The notes beneath the pieces are model-generated. The model ran no database searches. It was not told the DNA's origin and worked only from the letters and a program-made list of their open reading frames with translations. Shown here in pieces: positions 1 through 10,378 of a stretch of 64,000 bases of DNA. The translations under genes and the position numbers were made by a program. The stretch covers positions 768,001-832,000 of the forward strand of contig OY820905.2 in the NCBI GenBank assembly GCA_963555755.3, read 5' to 3'. The stretch comes from Nitrospirales bacterium. GTDB lineage: Bacteria > Nitrospirota > Nitrospiria > Nitrospirales > UBA8639. The number at the start of each line of letters is the position of its first letter. Position 1 is the stretch's first letter.

Positions 1-1088
1 AACATCAGGAGCTCCTCTCGATCTTTCTGCAAACAGGCTGTGGCCTTGGGATATTTGAGCTCATAGGTGTTGAGGAATACATCAGCGGCTTGCTCCGCCA
101 ACCCTTTGGTCTCAGACCGCCAGATGTCTTGTAAGGCCTGCTTGGCTTTGGATTGCACACTTTTGGGCAGCGCATTTAAGACATTCTGTGTCTTGTGGCA
201 CCAACACCGTTGATGCCGCGTCACCGGGAAGATTTCTTCCAGGGCCGCCCAGAAGCCGAGGGCGCCATCCCCAACAGCCAAGGCGGGCGCGTTCAGCCCG
301 CGGGCTTTCAGATGCAACAGGACTTCCCGCCAACTTTGGGTGGACTCACGAATCCCGTCTTCCATCGCTAAGAGATGTTTCTCCCCGGAGGCATTCATGC
401 CGATCACGACCAATGCACCTAAGCGCTGCTCTTCAGCTCGTACGCCACGATAGATCCCATCGACCCAGATATAGACCCACTGGTCGGCATCGAATCGACG
501 GTGTCGCCAGAGGGTATACTCCTTCCGCCAGATCTGCTTGAGCCGAGCCACCGTACTGGCGGACAGCCCCTTGGCCTCTGGGCCCACGAGGACTTCCAGC
601 GCCGGTTGCATCTCTCCCGTCGAGATGCCTTTTACGTACAGCCATGGGATCGCCGCTTCTAAGCTAGCCGACTTGCGCACATACGGGGGGACCAGCGCCG
701 AGTGAAACGTGACCGGTTTGCCCTGGCGACTCCGTACTTTTGGGACTTGTACGGGCACCGGCCCAATGCCCGTCTGAATGTCGCGCGTCGGATGATGGCC
801 GCTGAGGACAACCCTCGCATGCCCCTGTTCCGTTGACTGGTCTGCATAGGTCGCCAAGAGCTCGGCCACCTCTGCTTTCAGGGCTTGGGCAAGAAGCTTC
901 TGCGCCCCTGTTCGAATCAACTCCGTCAGCGAATCGGTCCTTCCTCGATCTTCTTCCTCTGATTTGGTACATTCCTGCATCGTGGCGTCTCTCCTTTGTG
1001 GTTGTGGTGGATGTCTCGCAACACCCATTTCAACCCGAGACGCCGCGTGTTTTCAACTGATCCTAGACACTACTTTCAAGTATAACTC
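1..1088 (-). mobile_element. IS256-family element, runs off left edge of window (transposase <1..980)
   Basis: Near-identical reverse complement of the complete copy at 38967-40353; terminal IR AGACACTACTTTCAAGTATAACTC ends at 1088. Confidence 0.9.
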
Positions 1089-1159
1089 AAATACTTGTGA
1101 TATCCCTGATTATATTCTATCCTACATTCCGCACTTGAAAACGTGTATTTTTCTGCCCC

Positions 1160-2809
1160 TCATGTATCGCCTCTTTTTTTTGCGCCAAACTGCGGTTGAG
1201 GGATTTTGAGGAGTTGCAGCACTTGGTGCTGTGGCTCGGACCACTCATCCCAAAAGGTCCTCACCAGCTTGCCGTCACGAAGAATCTCGTACCTGCAGTG
1301 CTGGGCAAAGAGTCGCTGGACTTGTTCCCAGGTCGGGGTCGAGGTGGGTCGTTCCTCGGGGAGGGTTCGCAGGGTTCGAATACCGCTCTTCTCCATCGCA
1401 TGTCTGAGATCGCGCTGAATGAGGGCGGCCACGAGATCGGCGAGGTAGACCACGAGCATGAGGGCCTCGATGCGTTCGTTGTTCTTGAGGAACACCGGCG
1501 CCACCTGGAAGTCGGACTTGAGGCCGCTGAAGCGCTTCTCGATATGGGGCTGATACTTGTACGCCTCGAGGACCGCTTTGGCGGAGAGGGAGGTATTCGT
1601 GACCAGCGGAAAGATCCCATCGATGGCCTTGGCCCGAGCGAGCTGTTCCGGGTCTTGCTGGATCATGAGCTGCGGAATGTGTTTGACGGTGCGATGGTAG
1701 GTTGACGCGGGCGAGGGTTTGCCGCGGGCGGTCTGTGTGAAGGTTTCCTCCACGCGGTGGCTCACGGTCACCGTGAGCCACAGAGCCACCTGATACCTCG
1801 CGATGATCTGGTGGGCCTGCTTGAGTAACGAGCGCTCAGTTCGGCGCCCACGCGCTTTCTTCTCGTTGAGCGCCGCGAGTTTGTGCCGAGCGATCTCCAG
1901 CCGGTCCTTGCGGCGGCTGGCATCGCGATTTCTCTTCTCGGAGGAGCGATACCAATAGAGTCGAAACCCCTCCGCCAGCTGATACGCCTCGCTCGCGACC
2001 GAAAACACGTCAGACATCCCCCGCCTTCGAGTCGAGCGCTGGCGTAGGAGCGGGTCCCAGCGGACGGTCGCCTCGTAGCAGTCGGTGGCAAACGCGTGGG
2101 TTTCGGCCCGGGTCCGAGGGACGATGGTGACAAACCGACCGTGTTCCTGGTCAATGCGCCGCATGTTCGCGGTCGTGCATAATTTGGAGTCGGCGACGTA
2201 GAGGAACCCGGCCCCGCCCACCAAGCGGCGCAACGTCAGCCAATTCTCGATATGCAGGGTATCGTCGGTCTGATGGCCCGCATGGGTCTTGAAGTGAATC
2301 GGCACGGCTCCATCGCGAGCCATCGACAAGTTGTAGAGGAGCTGTTTCAGATCGGGACGATGATCCTTGCTGTGGCCCCGCGTGAGGTGGACCCCTTTGC
2401 GCGATTGCGCCGTGTACGCCCCCGAGAACTTGACGGAGGTGGAATCACTATGGATCTGGGAGACATCAATCGCGAACCGGGCAATGGCCACCAGCGTGAG
2501 GGTGGGCTGCACGGTCGCGCGATCTGCCTGGAACAACCGGTCGAGGGCCCGTCCCAGCCCAGCATCGGTGAGCGGCGCGGCTCCTCGCTCAATAGGGTCG
2601 AACTGCTGGGCCCAGGCTGGGACGCGGTAGAGCGCTGCCGGTTCGATCAGCAGGCTTTTGATGAGGAGCTCAATCGCCGCAGCGTACCGCGCCGAACAAA
2701 GAATGTCCTCCAGGCGGTGGCGCACCCCAAGCGTCGCGAAACAGCGATTGATGAGTGGGAGGGTCGCGATCCGTACCTTCCGATGCTGCAAATCTTTGGC
2801 TTGCATCAC
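1160..2809 (-). CDS. IS1634-family DDE transposase
   Basis: Motifs DSTSVKFSG, GHSKDHRPDLKQ, YVADSK, YKYQPHIEKRF. Confidence 0.9.
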   Translation of the reverse strand: MMQAKDLQHRKVRIATLPLINRCFATLGVRHRLEDILCSARYAAAIELLIKSLLIEPAALYRVPAWAQQFDPIERGAAPLTDAGLGRALDRLFQADRATVQPTLTLVAIARFAIDVSQIHSDSTSVKFSGAYTAQSRKGVHLTRGHSKDHRPDLKQLLYNLSMARDGAVPIHFKTHAGHQTDDTLHIENWLTLRRLVGGAGFLYVADSKLCTTANMRRIDQEHGRFVTIVPRTRAETHAFATDCYEATVRWDPLLRQRSTRRRGMSDVFSVASEAYQLAEGFRLYWYRSSEKRNRDASRRKDRLEIARHKLAALNEKKARGRRTERSLLKQAHQIIARYQVALWLTVTVSHRVEETFTQTARGKPSPASTYHRTVKHIPQLMIQQDPEQLARAKAIDGIFPLVTNTSLSAKAVLEAYKYQPHIEKRFSGLKSDFQVAPVFLKNNERIEALMLVVYLADLVAALIQRDLRHAMEKSGIRTLRTLPEERPTSTPTWEQVQRLFAQHCRYEILRDGKLVRTFWDEWSEPQHQVLQLLKIPQPQFGAKKRGDT

Positions 2810-2838
2810 GCCCTATCTTAATGCATAATAGCATTAAG

Positions 2839-3138
2839 ATGTCACGCGCAAAGATGATCCACCTCCGGGCGCCCGGACCCGTTCTGCCCGGGAGTGTGTC
2901 GACAGCAAGGGCGCGATGCGGCAAACAGACGTGCAAGTGTCGGGACGACCCGGCCCACCGACACGGGCCCTATTATCGCTGGACAGGCCTCATCGACGAA
3001 AAGAAGACCACGGTCACGCTCACGCAGGAGGAAGCCAGGGAGTGCGTACGACGGATTAAGAACTTCAAGAAACTGCAGGCGAAGCTGGCGACAGTGAGCA
3101 AGGAGGCGCTTGAAACCGCTCCGTGGACCCGGCGGTAA
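2839..3138 (+). CDS. DUF6788-like small Zn-binding protein inside IS1634
   Basis: GSVS..RCGKQTCKC..HGPYYRWT motif plus basic coiled C-terminus; start chosen at ATG 2839. Confidence 0.75.
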   Translation: MSRAKMIHLRAPGPVLPGSVSTARARCGKQTCKCRDDPAHRHGPYYRWTGLIDEKKTTVTLTQEEARECVRRIKNFKKLQAKLATVSKEALETAPWTRR

Positions 3139-3516
3139 GAGCTAGGCGCTGGACACCACTGGTGGGTTCCAGGTTAAATGCACGTTCTCAAGTGCGGAAT
3201 GTAGGTTCTATACATCCGGCTTCATTTATTTCGTGAAAATTTTTGTTATTCCTTAAATTAATAAATAATCAGATATCAGCCATCAGCGTTTTGGCTTTGG
3301 TAGCTATTGGAACCTTCGCCACCTGCGTTTATGCGGACGACTTCACTGTCAAGAGTGGCGAGACTGTGTCTACACAGATTCTCGACGGTGATGACAAAGG
3401 CGTGGTAGAAAAAGGCGGCGCTATAAAACCAACCAATAGTGGTGATAATGGCATTAACATAACCGGTAATGATAACACTGCGATCAACAACGGTTCTATC
3501 GAGACGGTGGGAGGCG

Positions 3517-5419
3517 CAGGGCCATTTCATTCTTTTTATAAGCAAGGGATTCCATGAGGTTTTTTGTGCCCTCTTTTTCAGGGCAGGGCCATGCGGATGG
3601 CTAAATGGGGCTTGCCCCAGAGCAGTCTACACGCCTGCGCGATATTGGTGTAGCCTTTCAGGCGTAAGAGACTGATGGCATAGCGTCTCAGACAGGTCAT
3701 GACCATTGGGCCATTGAGACTTCGTATCTGACTCCTGTCTTCATCAAAGGTGACGTCCAACACATAATGCTGCTTATTCTCCACACTCCAATGCTTTCGG
3801 TTTTGCGAGAGGATGGTCTTCGGCCCCGCCTTGTCTTTGGACTGACTCGTGACACCGCAGACCGCTTCGACGGTCGTGAGGCCCTGCTTGAGATGCGTCA
3901 CTTCCCTCTCAATGCAGAAGACTTGCTGGACATGAGGAAAGTTGACATAGGCATTCAGGGAGTCATCGCACCAGATCCTGCGGGTCGTGATCTGCCCATG
4001 GCCTTTCTCGGTGGTGGCATAATCGCACCGGCGTGCTCGCAACGCTAAGGCCTCAATGTCGTGCTTCAAGGTGGGCTGGTTTCCCTTGACGGTGAAGACG
4101 AAGTCGGCGCCGCGTTCGTGCACCAGGTACTCGGCAATCTCTTTCTGGGTGAGGAGCGCATCCGCCGTGATCACCTTCCCTGCGATCTCGAGCGCATCTA
4201 ACAGGGGCCGCACGCAGGGGATCTCATTGGTCTTGGAGTGAACTTTTTTTGGGTGAGGTGGCGCCCGGCTTGATGGGTGACGGCGCTGAGGACGTGGGCT
4301 GTTCGCTTGGGACCTTCGACGTCCCCCGCATGGTCTTCCCATCAATGGCAATGCCCTGATCCTCCCCGCCGAAGGTGTCCAGCCACCGGCCGAGCAGGGT
4401 ATCGACTTCACAGGGGTCGACGGCCGTGATAAAGCGGTAAAGAGTGCTGCGGCTCGGGACGAGGTAGCGCCCCCCTCGCTGAGTACAGCCTAGCCGCTTG
4501 CGCATCGGCTGCGATAACTGCTGGGCCCAGTCCGAGATCGCTTCATAGCCGCGCGCGCCGCACAAGGTGGCACAGAACATGATCGCCGTGAGGGCGCGTC
4601 GGGTGTGCCGTTGCCCTTGCAAATGGCGGGGATCGGTCAGCTGCACCACATACGTAAAGAGGGAGTCCGTCTGTTTTGTATTCAATCTCATCTGAGGCGC
4701 TTCTCCTTTCTGATAGGGCTGATCAAGCATCGGGCGTGCAAGGATCTCTCGGGCTTGGGGATGCAGCCGCACGACTAGGATGCGCTTCGGTCTCTCATGC
4801 TGAACATAACACGTGTTCGACTTGCGAAACCCTCGTGTCAGACCGAGCTCGTGCCACCCGGCGGCCCGATAGCAGGTCCCGGTGAAGCGGGCAGGATCGA
4901 CGAAGGTCTCTAAGAGGAGCAAGGGGTAGCCGTGGTACAGTTGCCAATCGGACGAGATCCGTTTCGCGCAGAGCGACAGGACTTTCGAGGCGAGGTTCTT
5001 TTGCGAACAGCCCGGCAGCATGAGAAACCGGGTGTTGTTGGCCAGTAAATGGAGTCGTTGCCATTGAAAACAGGGGGGCCAGCCGATCCAGTGGTCTCGC
5101 GGTCTCGATTTGAGGGCCGCCGCCGCAAACACCAGCAAGGCCAGCCAGCGATCCTGCACACAGGCGAGATATTGTATCGATTGGCCAATCAGCGGGGCAT
5201 GACCGAGGTAGTGGTGTCTGTCGAGAAGGGTCTTGAAGGCGTCCTTTTCGTCTCGGACAATTGGGCGAACCACGACTTGCCTCAGATCAATGTCCGGCTG
5301 TCCGCTTGGCGATTCGTCTGGCATGCAAAAGAGTATGCCGTAAACGAAAAGAAAAAGCCAGCCTAAATCGATTATTCCTTATTATCTATAAAGTTACACT
5401 TTAATATGAAATAGCCCTG
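3517..5419 (-). mobile_element. ISAs1-family element
   Basis: TIR CAGGGC(C/T)ATTTCAT; 10-bp TSD GTGGGAGGCG (3507-3516 / 5420-5429). Confidence 0.92.
3578..5324 (-). pseudogene. DUF4338 (DruA-like)-ISAs1 transposase fusion, frameshifted near 4240-4300
   Basis: N-term HHYLG..LANNTRFL..LETFVDP..GTCYRAAGW; ISAs1 motifs AIDGKT, KTNEIP, TADALLTQ, VKGNQ, HWSVEN split over frames. Confidence 0.8.
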
Positions 5420-5429
5420 GTGGGAGGCG

Positions 5430-6070
5430 ATGCCTATGGTATTAACTTATTCGAATCCGACAACAATACCATCAACAACGACGGTTCTATATCGACGACG
5501 GGTGCAAAAGCCCATGGTATTTACCTGACCGGCAACGACCCTAACGGCTCCGATGCCAATACAATTAACAACGACGGTTCTATATCGACGAAGGGTTTAG
5601 ATGCCAATGGTATTGGCTTATCTGAATCCGACAACAATACCATCAACAACGACGGTTCTATATCGACGAAGAATGAATTTTCCCTTGGTATTATATTGGT
5701 CAATTCCCACAACAATACCATCAACAACGACGGTTCTATATCGACGGATAATATAAATGTCACGATGAGAAATAGCGATGGTATTGGCTTATTCATTTCC
5801 AACTTCAATACCATCAACAACGACGGTTCTATATCGACGAAGGGTACAGCTTCCTATGGTATTTACTTATTCGATTCCGACTTCAATACCATCAACAACG
5901 ACGGTTCTATATCGACGAAGGGTATAGATGCCGTGGGTATTGGCTTAGACGAATCCAACAACAATACCATCAACAACAACGGTTCTATATTGCCGAAGGG
6001 TAAAGGTGCCTTTGGTATTGACTTACTCGATTCCCACAACAATACCATCAACAACGACGGAGATATCTTC
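5430..6070 (+). repeat. ~78-bp intragenic tandem repeats (8 units) of autotransporter copy 1
   Basis: Recurrent AATACCATCAACAACGACGGTTCTATATCGACG. Confidence 0.9.
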
Positions 6071-7407
6071 GTTAGTGGCGCTGGAATCTTTGCGCTTCGG
6101 GATAGGGGATCCGGTGACAATAATACCCTGAACCTGTATTCCCGTTCACGAATCATTGGCCGAATTGATTTTGGCGATGGAGTAGAGACGGTCAATTTCC
6201 ATTTCAAGAAAGCGGGTTTTTCTTCCACGTTGAGTTTTGAGAATACGGAGTCTATCAACCTGCATGACGATAATATGGTGAATGTGGGAGGCCTGACAGG
6301 AGTTTATTCGGTGGTTGATCCCACCGGTCAGTCAGTGAACGGAGCTGTTCTTGGTTCGATCACAAAAGATATCCATGGAATCCTGACCCGCCGTACGAGT
6401 CGGATGTCGAACACGAATCCCTCGCAACTGGCTTCGACCCGTGTGGAACCGGGAATGATGTCCTCTTCCCAAAAATCACAAGTCTGGGCGAGCGGTTTCG
6501 GCGCCCACCGTTCACGCGATGAAGATGGCCGTGTTCTCGCTTATGACCACGTTTATTACGGCGGCGTCGCCGGTTATGAAACGGCAACCCGTCAAGCGAG
6601 TATCGGCTTCATGGCGGGCTACGCTCAATCTGATGTAAGAACAGATTTAACCTCGATCAACACCGATAGCGAAAGTTATTTTGTCGGCGCTTATGGTCAG
6701 AAAAGATTCGCGAGCTTCAACCTGGACGCCTCTTTGCTCGCCGGTTACGAGCGCTATGACAACGACCGTATTGTGGTCGATAACCTGAATAAGTTTGAAA
6801 CTGCCGAGGCGGCTTATGACTCTTTTTTTCTAAGTCCGTCAGTCACTTTGAGTAGCGAAATCAGGGTATTCGACAAGATAGCGCTTCGTCCTTCAGTAAC
6901 CGGGATTTACAGCGTCGCATGGTATGACGATTACACCGAATCGGGCACAACCCGATCTAACCTGTCCATCGACGACCGATTCTCGCATGCCCTGATCGGA
7001 AAACTGCAAATTGCGGCGGCGTATGTGTTCAGCAATGGCAGCGAAATAGGGATTAGAGGAGGCGGCAGGTATCGCTATACGATCAATGATGATGTTGACG
7101 CCACATTAGCGGGAACGTCTTTTCGATATGCCGCGGCCGGAGACGACACTTACTTTGCAGCCATAGCGGGCGCCAATGCGCGCGTTGCGTTAATGGACAG
7201 TATCAACCTGACCGCCAATGCGGAATATGCATTCGACGATGGCATTGAAACCACCCTGTCAGGCCAACTCGTCCTTGAATTTATTGGCTCTTTAGCAGAA
7301 TCTTCGGCCTTGAATTTATTGGCTCTTCAGCAGAATCTGTGGGTGACTTGGTTCAAATAGAATAGAATAGGAATAGGGGTCAAATCTTTGAATTGAAATA
7401 GAATAGG

Positions 7408-7531
7408 GTAGAGTAGAACACTGGTGCTCACCTGGAGCTACTCTCGAACGCTTCGACGCACGCGTCTACAACGGACCACAGCAGTCAGCAATTCCCAGCG
7501 TCCCCTCATCAATCCGTGCATACAGTTTTCC
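7408..7531 (-). ncRNA. 3' remnant (half of domain V plus domain VI) of group II intron A
   Basis: Near-identical to 28872-28975 joined to 30970-30989; ends ...TTCTACTCTAC on minus strand. Confidence 0.85.
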
Positions 7532-9392
7532 CAAGCCGTTCACTTAATCTGTTGACACAAACCAGCAAACAGACATAAACAGCGCTTGTTTGCTGGCTTT
7601 CTTGTTTTGGATCATGCAGAAAAAATCTTCCGCAACTTCTACGCTGAAGCACCCTCGGATACCGCTCGAGTACGGTGGCTTCCAGATCAACCACTGCAAG
7701 TCTCCGGTCTGCTCGAACTACGGCGTTCCGCCAGAACACACATCGGTGCGTGGAAAAAATAGCTACACTCTGGATTCACGCAACCAAGGCATTTCATCCT
7801 GTATCTGCACGTCCTGCGGCGAAGGATTCCCTCTCAAGAGCAACCTCGGCATCGCAGAAGAAGTCGAGCGCATGTCGGCCTACCTGTCGCCTCGTGAGGT
7901 GGCGTTCTGCCGTAACGATGCCTGTACCAACCATACCGGTCAGGTGCCCGTAGGTACCGCCGGGGCATATGCCTCGTTCGGCAAGACCGCGATTGGCAGC
8001 CCCCGCTGGCGCTGTAGCGTCTGCGGTAAGACGTTCTCACAGAACACCAAGGCCACCGCCCGGCAGCGGGAACATCACAAGAACAAGACCATTTTCAAAC
8101 TGCTGGTCAACAAGCTGCCCGTGCGCCGAATCATCGAAGTCGCCGACATCCACCCCAAGACCTTCTACCACCGCCTCGACTTCCTCCATCGCCAGTGCCA
8201 ATCATTTGCCGCCCACCGCGAGCACGCCCTATCCACCCTCCCCATTCGGCGACTGTCCCTCGGCGTGGACCGGCAGGACTACCTTGTGAACTGGATGGTT
8301 CGCAAGGACAAGCGCAACATTCAGCTATCGGCCATTGCATCAGTGGACAACGAACACGGTTACGGCTTCGGTGTCCACCTTCACTTCGACCCTTCTCTGG
8401 ACAGCGAAGCTGTCCAAGCCGAAGTCGAGAAGAGCGGCGACCTTGGCATGCCCTATCCGCATCGTCGCGTTGCACGTCTGTGGCTCAATGCAGACCATGA
8501 GCGAGCCAGTGCCAAATCCCTACGCACTTCGCGGCGCAAACCCGGACTGCCAACGCAGATCGATGAAGCCTATGCCGCAGCATTGATGCGTGACGATATC
8601 GAAAGCCCCGATGCGCCGTCGCCCGTAGAACGACTTCCTGAATACGGGATGCAAACCCATGGCGAGTACACCATGTCTGGGCATTTTTTCTTCCTCAAAC
8701 GCCTGCTGGGCAATGTCCAAAAGTGGCGCTTCTTTATCGACCAAGACCCTGGACTGCGAGCCGCGTGCCTATCGGCGTTCCACGACGAGATCCGAGGCCG
8801 CACGGCGGAGGCCTTCTCTGTTCGCATCACCAAAGATCTGACGGTGGACGAAACGCGTCAAAAATACAACGAAGCGACGATGCTGTTCGTGCACGCAGAG
8901 CTCGCGCACCCAAAGATGAAGCCGCAGGAGGTCAAGTTGCTGCTGATCAAAGAGCGTCTGGCCTGTATGACGCCGCACGGGAAGTGGCAGGATCGGTGGC
9001 TTGACCATCCTTTCCCGACCATGAGCGAGCCAGAGAAGACAGTGGCCTCCCTCACCAATCTGGGCGACTACGACGAAGACCACAAAGCTTGGCTCTACAA
9101 CAAAGCGAGCGTGCATGGTGTCGATTCGTTCTTCAACCAAGTGCGTCGACGGCTCTCCCTGCTGGAGCGTCCGATCCATTCCAAATCCAACAATGGTCGG
9201 ATATGGAACGGATATTCTCCATATAACCCGGGTAATGTTGCAAAAGTACTCGACATCATGCGCACGGTGCATAACTACATCCTGACCGGCAAGGATGGCA
9301 AGACGCCAGCTGTGCGACTTGGATTGGCCCAAGCGCCGCTGGACTACGAAGCCATTATTTATTTTGCATCAACAGATTAAGTGAACGGCTTG
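7532..9392 (+). mobile_element. Unclassified IS (IS1/IS1595-like architecture) inserted in group II intron domain V
   Basis: Perfect 24-bp TIR CAAGCCGTTCACTTAATCTGTTGA; 9-bp flanks CAGTTTTCC / CAGTTCTCC. Confidence 0.88.
7614..9380 (+). CDS. Putative transposase with Zn-ribbon Cys pairs, HTH and RNase H-like region
   Basis: CKSPVC/CTSC/CRNDAC/CSVC; DRQD, FIDQD, C-terminal GKTPAVRLGLA; ORF fills the TIR-bounded unit and its stop lies in the right TIR. Confidence 0.75.
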   Translation: MQKKSSATSTLKHPRIPLEYGGFQINHCKSPVCSNYGVPPEHTSVRGKNSYTLDSRNQGISSCICTSCGEGFPLKSNLGIAEEVERMSAYLSPREVAFCRNDACTNHTGQVPVGTAGAYASFGKTAIGSPRWRCSVCGKTFSQNTKATARQREHHKNKTIFKLLVNKLPVRRIIEVADIHPKTFYHRLDFLHRQCQSFAAHREHALSTLPIRRLSLGVDRQDYLVNWMVRKDKRNIQLSAIASVDNEHGYGFGVHLHFDPSLDSEAVQAEVEKSGDLGMPYPHRRVARLWLNADHERASAKSLRTSRRKPGLPTQIDEAYAAALMRDDIESPDAPSPVERLPEYGMQTHGEYTMSGHFFFLKRLLGNVQKWRFFIDQDPGLRAACLSAFHDEIRGRTAEAFSVRITKDLTVDETRQKYNEATMLFVHAELAHPKMKPQEVKLLLIKERLACMTPHGKWQDRWLDHPFPTMSEPEKTVASLTNLGDYDEDHKAWLYNKASVHGVDSFFNQVRRRLSLLERPIHSKSNNGRIWNGYSPYNPGNVAKVLDIMRTVHNYILTGKDGKTPAVRLGLAQAPLDYEAIIYFASTD

Positions 9393-9512
9393 CAGTTCTC
9401 CCGCATACGGCTCTCCGGTCAGTAGGTTCCTATGGAGTGGACGAAACGAATATGGGCATCATTCAGGCTCGTGAACCCATGATCCGCAAAGAAGGCGGTC
9501 GGCCACCGTTCA
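9393..9512 (-). pseudogene. Remnant of a different group II intron: last codons of its RT/maturase plus 5' half of domain V
   Basis: Minus strand encodes ERWPTAFFADHGFTSLNDAHIRFVHSIGTY* followed by GGAGAGCCGTATGCGGGAGAACTG. Confidence 0.75.
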
Positions 9513-10378
9513 TGTGAGATTTCCTCGTGTTGTTTACAGTTTAAAGAAAAATGTTCGTAACTTTTCGTACGGCGTCATGTTGTCGATTCCCGCATGTGGT
9601 TTGACCGTATTATAGAAATTGACGAATCGGGCAAGGCCGAGTTTCCGGTCTTGTCGTGAAGGAAAAATCGTGGCGGCATGCCACATTTCCAAAAGCGTTT
9701 TGATCACACGCTCCGCCTTGCCAGTGGTCTGAGGGCGCCGGACCCGGGTAAAGTTCTGCCCCGTGCCGTTAGCCTTACACCTGGCCACGAACGCATGATC
9801 CGGGGTGCCTTTATATTCTGTGCCATTATCTGAATAGGCACATTCGATCGTGTAGGGGCATTCCTCGAGCACTTGCTCCAGGAACGTCGCCGCAGACGTT
9901 TGCGTTTTATCGGGCAGGATCGCCGCGTACAGCTCTCGTGAGAAATCGTCAATGGCCACGAACAGATGCTCCCGCGGGAGGGTTTGCTTCTCGCCTGCGA
10001 GCAACGGTAAACGTTTGGTGTCAAAGTGGAGCATCTCCCCGGGATAGCTTTTGTTGTAGCGCCGCGCGGCAAGTTTTAGCTTGCGCTCAAGAGCCTGCTC
10101 CACCTTGGCCAGGCGTTTCATCCCGTACTGTGCCTGCAAAAAGCGCTTGTTGGTGGATGGTCGAGGCGCAAATTCCTGTTTTCGCGCTCGGTCGATCACC
10201 TTGTAAATGGTCGGCCGAGAGACGCGGAATTGCTGCGCGAGCGCTACAACCGTCCACTGCCTCGTGCCATACAGTTGCCAGATCTCTTGTCGATCAAGCG
10301 GCGTTAACCGGGTTCTTTTGTGTATTGTCATGTCTACATCCTCGCAAAAAGATGTAAACAACGCTAGAAAAATTCACA
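9513..10378 (-). mobile_element. IS481-family element (transposase 9534-10361)
   Basis: TGT..ACA ends with ~26-bp imperfect TIR; HFDTK, AIDDFSR, SDNGTEY, GKAERVIKTL; no TSD. Confidence 0.9.

Larger units (their letters stand above)
1121..3205 (-). mobile_element. IS1634-family element, copy 1 (transposase plus divergent DUF6788-like gene)
   Basis: ~25-bp TIR CCTACATTCCGCACTTGA(A/G)AACGTG at both ends; 6-bp TSD TTCTAT (1115-1120 / 3206-3211). Confidence 0.9.
3243..7360 (+). pseudogene. Autotransporter/adhesin with Asn-rich 26-aa passenger repeats, interrupted by ISAs1
   Basis: Signal peptide 3243-; joining 3243-3516 with 5430-7360 gives a 2205-nt in-frame ORF; NTINNDGSI repeats; C-terminal beta-barrel (QVWASGFG...GQLVLEF). 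Confidence 0.85.

Noticed and set aside
4224..5324. Druantia anti-phage system
   Set aside because: Only a DruA-like domain fused to a transposase; no DruE or other partners
5430..6070. CRISPR array (regular repeats with variable spacers; also 27000-27520)
   Set aside because: Repeats are in-frame coding units of the autotransporter, degenerate, and no cas genes are present
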